Part shown: one piece after another, positions 19,269 to 29,116 of the stretch | Numbering within the stretch: the first letter of the stretch is position 1 | How the letters are laid out: every line of letters begins with the position of its first letter | From: Catajapyx aquilonaris | Taxonomy: Eukaryota | Reading direction: 5' to 3' | Length of the DNA: 39,012 nt | NCBI GenBank assembly: GCA_000934665.2 | Contig: KZ539098.1 | Coordinates: 1 to 39,012 of the forward strand | Notes under the pieces: model-generated | What the model saw: only the letters and a program-made list of their open reading frames with translations | The model's database searches: none | Told to the model about the DNA's origin: nothing | Position numbers and translations under genes: made by a program

Positions 19269-20772
19269 ATGTCCAAAGAAGTGACCTTTCTGGAGGCATG
19301 CAGGCCCCTGACCCTCCTGACCAAGCTCGTGGGCATATTTCCGGTCAAAGGCCAGTCGCTGCCAGAAGGTCGTGTCACACGGGCATGGCCATGCCTCCTG
19401 ATATTTCCGAGCTTGTTCGCAATTAAAATTTACACACTGTTTCTCCTGGAAGTTGGCAATTACGATCAATGGGTAGGAGTGGACCGCACCATCATGGTGA
19501 CGGTCAAGTGCAACGAGACAGCACTCTTGGTCTGCTACTTTGTATTGTACCAGGTCAAACTGGGGAAAATCTGCAAGGTGATGGCCAGAATAACCGAATT
19601 TGACACCAAAATGACCTACTCTCTGAACAAGAAGATGAGGATGACCAACCTGTTATTGGCGCTCTTCGTTTTTCTGTACGCTGTGGCCAAGCTGATCAAC
19701 TCGTACATCGGTTGGGTCAGTTCGGATGAATGGTACCTGCTGGTCCTGTACGCTGTCGGAGACATCCACACCCTGATGGTGTACGTCCTGCCGCCGGTAC
19801 AGGTCATGTCCATGACCATGTCCGTGTGCCAGCGTATCCGGTTTGTTCTAACCAAATTGCAGAAGCTGGTACGAAAAATCCCGACCCGCTTGGGCCCATC
19901 AGCATTTGCATACCATGAGAACAGCAGGTCGTCCAGAATCCTCGACGTGTCCTCAGACCTGCCTTCAGACAACGAGCACGACGTGGCCAACACTATGTCC
20001 CAGTACCACGGCGAATACAACGAGCTTTGCGAGATTGTTGAGGACGTGAGCGACGCCTTTGGTCTGATCATAGCCGCCATTTATTTCTCGACAATGATCA
20101 GCATCGTCATGTGCTCCAGCTTCTTGCTGTCACACCTGACCCAAGCAGCCACTTCCGGAGTTCTGATGAAGCAGCTTTTCTATATCACCATCGTCGTGGT
20201 GCTGACCACAGCTCTGGGAGAAGTTCCAGTTGAGGTATAGGTCATAACAACGAGACTGTACCTTAAAAACTCAGCTTTCTGTCATATTAACAGTGTGCAC
20301 ATCAGTATGACCCATGTTCGGTTTACAGCTGAAGCGAATCCTGCCTGACTTGTGTCGAGTGAAGCTGTTGGGTCTGAACCAGGACTGCAGAGATGAGGCA
20401 TACAGCGCATTACAACCTTACTGTTCTTACATGCATTGCATATTTGCATGCCCATTATTTTGTTGTCTTTGCATTTCAGCTGTCGAGTCTGATCCAGCGA
20501 ATGTCTAGTCTGGATCTACGAGTGACGGCTGCCAATTTATTCTCAGTCGGAAGAAACATCATCACTTCGGTAATTTTGTTAACCGGATTTGTCGTATGAA
20601 ATGCTGTGATAATGATGTTACTTTGCAGATGCTTGGGGCCATAGCGACGTACATTGTTGTCGTGGCCCAATTCCGGCCTAACACTGAGGAGGCTCTTACG
20701 TATACGCCAATTAATTTCATGACGAATATTAGCCTACTCTCCGCTCACGCACCTCAATCCACTGAGACGTGA
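19269..20772 (+). CDS. Gustatory receptor-like (GR-C), recent tandem duplicate of GR-B
   Basis: Exons 19269-20234, 20329-20397 (GC donor), 20480-20569, 20629-20772; TYIVVVAQF motif; N-terminus nearly identical to GR-B. Confidence 0.88.
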
Positions 20773-21748
20773 AATTAAAAGAGGCCCAATATTTTACTCA
20801 TCAGGAAGCCAATATTATTTTATCGTGCACGACTGCGGCCTGGATGACTGTAAAGATATATTATGTTACGTCAGAAATGCGTGATGCAAAATTTGACGAT
20901 TATTCCACATTAATGTTTACATGTTCAGGTAATTATGGGTTGTTCTTTCATTACAGATCGTAATAACTCGCTCCACTAATACACAAAGTAATTGTCATCT
21001 TAATAAAGCCGTGATCCCACGCACGTAAGGCACTAGATAATGTTAAAGTGCAGCCCGTAATCTTTAAACAATATTGACGATAAATAATTATGTAGAGGTA
21101 GGTGTAAATTAATTGTGAACTATAAAACCGGTTCATATTGCGGAGTCGCTTCCCAACAAAAAATAAATCCTTTTTTATCTAGGTTAATTCTGTCACGCCA
21201 AAGTGTGTTAACACGTTCTCTGTAACCGGTAAGTGATGACAATACCCGTAATGAAGCACGTCACTCCAAGTCCTGCATAATTGAACTGTCCCAATACCCA
21301 TTTGAAATATCGAACACATGTAACATTATGCATGGAACATCCGACCTTATCAATATCGGTTGGCCTTCAGGCTTTTTTTTTTTGCCAAAGTTATTAGTTT
21401 TTGATGCAGCCTGGGGGAAAAAAATCCATCGTCCGTATAGAGGCCACCCCACCCTCTTTTGTGTTTGCTCTTCAAGCCCCGAGTTGACACAATGAGGTCG
21501 CCCATCTTTGACACCCTGGAGGTCAACCCTGTGTGTATGCATGCGAAAACCGCCCCTATCCACAGTGACCAAGGCTGACCCTGTGACCGGAGTGACCCTC
21601 TCACAATAATCGGAATTCTGGAAATGAGAGTGACATGTGGACGTGTGAATAAATGCCTTACCGCCCATAATTCACATGCAGCATATGCACCATTGGCCCT
21701 CTTTTTTTTGCATTTGGTGACAATGAGTTCAGTCGAACGTGACTGATG

Positions 21749-21790
21749 TGACCTCAGGACGTTGTTAGTCCAGGGGATGGCCTGTATAAA
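21749..21790 (+). promoter_or_regulatory. Core promoter of the Gly-rich gene (TGACCT half-site + TATAAA)
   Basis: TGACCTCA at 21749, TATAAA at 21785-21790, ATG at 21848. Confidence 0.6.
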
Positions 21791-21847
21791 TAAAGCGGAA
21801 CGAATCGTCGATCTGAACAATTGATCCGAAGCACTTAGTTGGTGAGG

Positions 21848-22633
21848 ATGATCAAGCTTCTTGCCATTTGTGCTTTACTGGCCGCGTCTGCCAAGGTAAG
21901 CCAATATTTAACGTACATCATCAGCACTATATGCATCAGTGTTATTGATCCAGTTGTAATTAGCGATTGCTTTAATTTCCTTCCAGGCCGCTCCACGACC
22001 TGGATATGGTAAGTAGAGCAGTTATTTTCACTTTAATTTACACCAGGATTTTTTAAAGAATCACATGGTGAATGCAAGCACAGCAGTGAGTTACTAAATT
22101 TTAAGCTACTTCTAGCAACAATGGCCTGTAGCAATGTCCGCAGAGTTTTATAGGCAAACAATATATTGAGCAGTTTTCTTGCAAATTGCAGTAAATGCTG
22201 CCGGTAATTACGGCGGGAATTTTGGCCTTCAAGGTGGTCCCGATGGCGTCGGTGAGTCTCATTCTATAATTGCTCATTAAGTGTCGACATCAGCATTAAG
22301 TCACGCTTATTATTGGTTGCAGGCTTTTCCGGTGGATTCGGAGGCAACGGAATATTCCAGCTGAGGCCAATCGGGATCCTGAACGGAGGGTTCAATCCTT
22401 TCGGAATCATCGGAGGAATCCCAGGCGACGTCGGCGGTGGCATCGGCGGTGGAATTGGAGGCGACGTCGGTGGCGACGTGGGCGGCGACGTCGGAGGGGA
22501 TACAGGAGGAGATATTGGTGGCGACGTTGGCGGCATTGGTAACACTGCTGAACGACCTGTTGGATTCAGACCAAACCGTCCCAACAGACCAAGCAGACCA
22601 AGCAGACCAGTGCTAGTAGAACTGCTGGTTTGA
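21848..22633 (+). CDS. Secreted glycine-rich protein with GGDV repeats and an RPN/RPS basic tail
   Basis: Exons 21848-21895 (MIKLLAICALLAASAK), 21987-22008 (AAPRPGY), 22192-22251 and 22323-22633, with strong gtaag/gtgag donors and consistent phases; AATAAA at 22687. Confidence 0.9.
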
Positions 22634-23129
22634 GATCACACAGTATTACCCCATGTAACGCCGTATTTATTAAACCCATTGCAAATAATAAAGCTTCGTG
22701 TCATCTCCAACAATTTTGGTTCCTATTTATCGATCCTGTGTAAGATGGCAACAACCAACATCATTGTCGCACCATCAGCAGACAAAATCCATATAATCTG
22801 TCTCGCATTTTTTTCCCCCTCCTTCCCTCCAAGCTCCAGCGCATGGCTAATTCCTGGATTACATAAGAGGGTAACATTGGCGTGCAAAACTACCATTTCG
22901 GCATTTCCCATTATAAATTCGGAGATCGCATTAACATGATTACAGGGCGACAAAAGGAGGACATTCCAGCCAAGGGTCCTCGTCCCCGAGTAATCTAAAC
23001 TGTGACTGCGTGCGCCTCCTGTGCGTCTAATAACACTGGTGGACCACACCCAGCTGGACAAGCCAGTTTGTCACGCCAGCACCGTCGGATACCTGCTGTG
23101 CGGGCATCCTCCCCAGCAGTCCAAATAAG

Positions 23130-25278
23130 ATGAAGTTCTTCAAGAGGAGGGACAATCCCGAAGAAGGCGACACCATCGTCCACGCCTTTCGTCCCCTGGC
23201 CATACTTGCCAAAATAATGGGCCTGTTTCCCTGCAAGAACATCTGCAACGGACCGTACGGCCGGGAGTGGATCACGGTGTTCATATTCCCCGTACTGACC
23301 GGATTAAAATACGGCTACATGATGGTCAAACGGAAGGAGTTCCTCCGGGAGATATTCCTCAACTTCAGCAACACCAGCACGTACATCCGGAACCTCCGGT
23401 ACTACAACCAGCTCTTCTCGGCCTGCAGCTACTACCTGCTGTACCAGATCAACTTCAAGGAGATGTGCGACGTGGTGAAGCGCCTTAATAAGTTCGACGC
23501 CAAGATCAGGAGCAACGTCAACACCCGGCTCAAGACCTGGAACGTGTACCTGACCCTGGTGGGACTGATGTACACGGCCTCGTACAACACGGCCTACTAC
23601 GTCTGCATGCGCTTTCACACAGAGGGTGCGGACTACCAGCTCTACTTTTTGACGATGCTGTACGCCAACATGTTCAACCTGATCCCGACCTTGCACGTGC
23701 TATTCTTCACCGAGGCCGTCTGCAAGAGGCTGGCCATGCTTAACTCGCACATAATGGACGTGGTGTACTACCTGCCCAAGACCTTTTCCGGCACCAGGCT
23801 CCGTCGGTTCAGTCACATGAGCCAGCACAAGTTCATCCTGGCATCGCCCTTCAGGCAGGACGACAGGTCTGAACTTCAAAGTGCAGTTTGTCCTTATTGA
23901 ATCGAAGCATTGTTGTGGACAAACTGCCCTTTGAACTTTTTCCTCCTGCAGGACCAGCCTGACCAGCCTGGTGGACAGTGCGGCATCGGACGACCTTCCG
24001 GACGACGTGGACCTGAGCGACACGCTGTCCGAGTTCTGCGGGGCCTTCGACGAACTGACCGAGATTGTGGAGGAGGTCAGCAGCGCCTTCGGGTCAACTG
24101 TGGCGGTCACGTACCTCTCACTGGTGTTCAACGTGGTGGCAGGAAGCGGGTACCTGTTGCTTGGGATCAACCACGAGTGGGAGTTCTCCTACTCGATGCT
24201 CATCTACGTCGAGGGTACCATCTGCTTCGTGCTTCTGGTCCTCATGACGGACATGCTCGCCAGGGTGTCCAACAAGGTATAGGCATACCGATACCGGGTG
24301 TATTTGCCATCCTGTCTAACAACCGGGTTCGTTTCAGTCGACGGCCATTTTGCCAAAATTGTGCAGGATAAAACTTCTGGCCCTAAGCAGCGAATGCCAA
24401 GCACAGGTCGGTTCAATATTAAAGTGCATTCGGCACAGTTTCATGTAACAATTAGACAATATTGTTGGTGCAGTTGCAGATGCTGATTCACAGGATGGCT
24501 TCTCACACGGCCAGGATAACTGCGGCCAGCTTCTTCCCCATTAGTCGGAGCATCCTCACTTCGGTTAGGAACATTTTCTGCCAGGGACCGAACAAACGGG
24601 AGCAAACTGGATATTGCACGGAAATGTTGCCAAATTCTGTCAAAATAATGAGAAAAAATGTATCTTGGTGCTACATAACCATCAACACTCCATAGCAAGG
24701 TGGACATTTTATGAAATTAAACACCTTCAGATCTGCAGAGCCTTGACTGCTGTTTTGTCCATAACTTATTTGGCAGTAGAATACAGAGTTTTTGGCCCAA
24801 TGCATTCCAGTCTGTTCCCATTTTTTCAGCCCAGTAATAATTAGTAAAAAAGCGGATTTTAGTCCTACATTTCTAAGAAGGGTAGGAACTATATGAACAA
24901 CAAAAAAACTGATGAGATGACCATAAGAATTCCTCTAAAATTTACCAAGGTCACTTTTTCCATAGTGTGAGCCATCACTTTTAGTGAAGCCCTGAAACAC
25001 TAGAGGGTGTGTCAACTCAAATTAATAATACCAGTAATTTATTTTCTGTTTATGAATATCTATACATAATCACACATTATCCCTTCATTTGGGTTAATGT
25101 CACACAGACTAAGAGAGTGACAAAAGTGGGACTAGAAACCGATACCAATACTCACCCAAACTGAAGCATTAATATCTTTTTCCAGATTGCTGGCGCGGTT
25201 TTCACCTACCTCATTATATTAGCGCAATTCAAAGCATCTGAAACCACCTTGGCTGCTTCTAACAACAAGTCCAATTGA
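23130..25278 (+). CDS. Gustatory receptor-like (GR-D)
   Basis: Exons 23130-23866, 23952-24276, 24338-24406, 24474-24563, 25186-25278; ends ITAASFFPISRSILTS|IAGAVFTYLIILAQFK. Confidence 0.92.
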
Positions 25279-25587
25279 GCTGATTATTGCATGGTTGATT
25301 GCAACAATTCCTTTCAAATGTCAGTGTCAAAACATTTATTTAATACCTGAACATGTTCAGCTTGCCAATATTTATTAACCAAAATTATTGCCAATGGTAT
25401 ACTACAGTGATGCCATGGTTTATACGAGTCAGTGAGAATGAAAAAAAAGTCCCATTCAAAATGAGAACATTACTAATCATGAAAAAAGTTGAATTAGGAC
25501 CCTTACCATTCTTACAGACTCACAAATGTGATCTATTAAAAAGGGTGTCATGTGTCATACTGTCTTATCCTCTTTTATTTGTTGCGT

Positions 25588-27924
25588 TCAAACCGATTCA
25601 GCCAGTCCCACCACCTGGTATTCCATGTCGTACTCTGAATAGTATCTCCTCAGGAAAACATCCCCAAATATCCAGTCCGGTCCTCCCGAAATGCTGAAGG
25701 ACGAGAAGCCAGACCTGCACTTGTCCTTCCACTGCAGAGAAAATTACCCGTTAATTATTATCCAAATTAGAAGTTAAAAAAAAACACTGCTACTATACCT
25801 GCAAGATATAGTCGCGAGAAGTCAGGTCAAATTCGATTCCACGGAACACGAAACTAAAGTCTGGCATGCTTTTGACCCTATTGCAGTCAACCTGGTAGTG
25901 AGAATTGATAAACGTCAGTGACCCTGGCATGGTTAGAGGAAAGGGCTAGAAACAATCTGCTGGTAAATTCATCCTGTCATCATTTGCATCTTAATTATTA
26001 TGATCGTTCTTTTTTACTGGCTGGACCACACTTGTATCATGGCGGCATTCTTTCCCAGCCTTCTTTACATTGTCAGCAGTTCATTGCTACAAAAGTCTGT
26101 GGGTGGGATTTTCTTCCCACGGCTTGTACCATTGCCAACACTGGTACTGCTAAGTTAGCAGTAACTAGCTGTGGGGCGAAAATCCACTAGTGACTTCAGC
26201 ACTACTTACTTACTATTGATAGCTGACTCATCTAACGATCTCGTTTGAGAATAATCAATTAGGAAGCGTTCGCTAATATCTGATAATGATTCAACCGGAA
26301 TTATCCACAGGTCAATGACTACCATTTCAGAACCATTGACCAGGAAAGGTTCCTTGTCTTAACGGTCAATAGCCCCCAACTGGGCTTGATTGTTTAAGTA
26401 GTGTCCCTGCCAATAATGATTGACCTATCCAAGGTGGGTGACTGACCCAGTACACTCCTGTCTTGGGGTCATACTGGGCACCAATCAGACTGTGTATGGC
26501 TCTGATGTCCCTTGGAGGACCCGCAATGACGCTGGTACCCGTGTCCAAGATGACAGTGCAACCGGAGAAGCAGCCCACTTCTCGTCCGTAGGAGAGAACC
26601 CTGCAACATCAACCAGTCAAGTCAGCAGGACTGTTGCAACAGTCGAGTTTGGCGTCAACACTGGCCTGTCCATGTTGATCTGCCAGTATCGCGGGTCAGA
26701 CACTGGTATGTAGGTGAAGTCCCCTACGTAGTGGTCAGGGTCAGACCCACCCAGGACCAGCTCACCTCCGATGCCACCCTGGTCCTGTCTGAAACATGGC
26801 ATAACTACACTGTTATGTTGTCGTGACACACACTGTACTGTTGTGAGCAAATAGGCATCAAAGGTTAGTGCTCTTTGTTCGTGACTGTGAAATCATTGTA
26901 CCTGTTGAGGAAGAAGGAGAAGACAGGCTGATCGACGACCCCTTGCTGGATCATGTTGTTGAAGACAGGGTTGATCCCATCAGGATCCAAGGAAGGGAAG
27001 GCCATGCCCATGATCCCGTCGAACTTGGCCGTGGTGAACGGGGTCAAGGGCACTTCAGTGGCCTCTCCGAACCCTTGCTGGAAGACCTTGACCCCTGCCA
27101 CCCTCACCGTCTCCCAGGACAGGTACCCGGACACGTACCCGCTGCCGTACTGCACGTAGAAAGGAGCCCCGTTCGGACGGTATGACCAAGACTTGCTGCT
27201 GTTGTACCTCTGGTGGTTGCCTAAAATAAAGGAGAGGCAATGTACAACTGCGCTTCAGAGTTGACCCCGTTGACCTGTGTACCGCATGGTGTGTCATCCA
27301 GAGGGCACTGAGTGGAGTACACCCACAGGCGGGTTGACCCAGTATCGAACACCACTTGAAATGTCTGAGGCGGATATCCGATCGTGATTGGCCCGTAGTA
27401 GGACACCTGTTCAATTAAATGTGATTACGGACAGGTCTATTGTCAAATGTTAGAGTAACATGAATCAATATCACGAAAAAGTCAGGGCACGTAATTACTG
27501 TACATCGAAGTAATCGTTCAACACGTTGATGTCGATATCTCTCAAGCCAATCTCTGGAAAGGTAATTCCGGCGTCCATCATTTCCTCTCGAGGACTCTTG
27601 ATTTTTGCCAGAGGGATTCTGCACATTCAACGCCAAATATTAACAGTACAAAGAGTACTTAAAGTACAGCGTGAAGTACCCAGCACACAAGGCGAAAGTT
27701 GTGGATTGTTTAAAATTTTGATCACAGTGGCAATTAGCATTTTCAATCAGTTTTCTTTGTTAACAGAGTGTTTCTCTTTGCGCTGGTTACTGATATGAAC
27801 AATCCGTATTGTTTTGAATCTACTCTGGGCACTTCACGAACATGTATAGTACTTACCTGACTATTGCCATGCTGGTCAGCACTAGTCCTGCAATTACGAG
27901 GAGCAAAAGCAAAGAACGCTGCAT
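25588..27924 (-). CDS. Cathepsin D/pepsin-like aspartic protease (peptidase A1), copy 2, 8 exons
   Basis: Exons 27924-27857, 27618-27504, 27406-27283, 27220-26902, 26788-26666 (GC donor), 26600-26447, 25891-25799, 25731-25588, with the same intron positions as copy 1. Motifs [46 protein letters not shown]. Confidence 0.93.
26103..26187. mobile_element. Short MITE-like element, copy A (in protease intron)
   Basis: Imperfect terminal inverted repeats gtgggattttcttcccacggct ... agctgtggggcgaaaatccac; internal sequence shared with 32080-32186. Confidence 0.6.
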
Positions 27925-29048
27925 TATTCACTCCCCCCAAAAAATATGTCGGCAAAATCGGAATTAAAACTGACACATTGAGCGGCCGAACACCACTGGA
28001 CCCTAACAACTCCGTATAATAAATTGTTGACAGAGATATGAGCAGATAACAACGAGGGAGATAAAAAGTTCCGAGCTCTCTTTTGTGAAGCCGGTGCATA
28101 CCAACACTGCCACTTGAATAACATGTTTCCATCAAATAGACACTGCCCATTGTCCACCCCTAATTTTATGCCCAAGAAGCGTGTTCTGCAATAATAACCT
28201 TCGATCAGACACGTGAATCCAATGCATCTGATCGCATTATGCAATTGGCGCAATGTCACTTTTACAAGTTCAGTTGGCATTGCTTTCAGGCGATTAAACT
28301 TGCATTAATTGCCGACAATAAATTGTTGCGGCCTCACCTGAAAGATACATAATGCGATATGGGTGGATCTGCAGTTTGTTATCATTTAATACTCGCAGCT
28401 TATATTTGGTGACGTCAATTAACCAATACATTGCACGTCCGCGCCTAATTATTATATTTTTACAGTCCATTTTCCTTTTCAGCCACTTTCATAGTCTTTA
28501 TGAAAACAGCTAGAGCCAGCTGTATTGCGAATTGAATAACTTATGACAAGCTCATTCTCCTCGGTGCTTCCGGCAATAGAAGTTTTTTAAAACTATTTGC
28601 GCATCATCAGAAACCGGATCCTGAAGGGGGGAGAAGCGCGGCTTACAATAGCAACATGATATGCAGAAGCCTCCACGCCGCGTCTATTTAATAACAATTA
28701 GCCTACAGGCTATCAATAACGGGACGATTAGCCTGGGGGCTAACCATAGACACAAAAGTGCTGCTTTTTCCCACGTATGTCAGCAGGATAAGCCGAAAAG
28801 GTTTTAGACCGAGCAGCTGCATATATAGGGTCGCCCCTCACCCTCCAAAAAAAAAAAAATCAGTGTTCACAAAAGGTGGTCCTTCCCCTTTACAAAACGC
28901 ACGTGTCCGAAAATTGACAACAGCGGGTGACGTCATGGCGTCACGACGCGCCCAATTCCCTCCCCATTCGCATACCACCTCTTCTTGTTGCTGACCACCA
29001 CACCTGCCGACCTCGTCCGTCGTCGTCGTCCGTCGAATTCCACCTTTG

Positions 29049-29116
29049 AAAGCACTGATTTCAAATGGTGCTAGACTCAATCACAGCATCCTACCACCAC
29101 TCGAAACCAGGACCCA
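29049..29116 (-). ncRNA. mir-29: microRNA precursor, miR-29 family (miR-29b / arthropod miR-285 type)
   Basis: Minus strand 29073-29052 reads UAGCACCAUUUGAAAUCAGUGC, matching the miR-29b mature sequence over its first 21 nt (seed AGCACCA). The 5' arm CUGGUUUCGAGUGGUGGUAGG pairs with it at 20 of 21 positions, counting G:U pairs. There is a UGUG in the loop and a CNNC (CGAC) 17 nt downstream of the 3p end. Confidence 0.95.
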
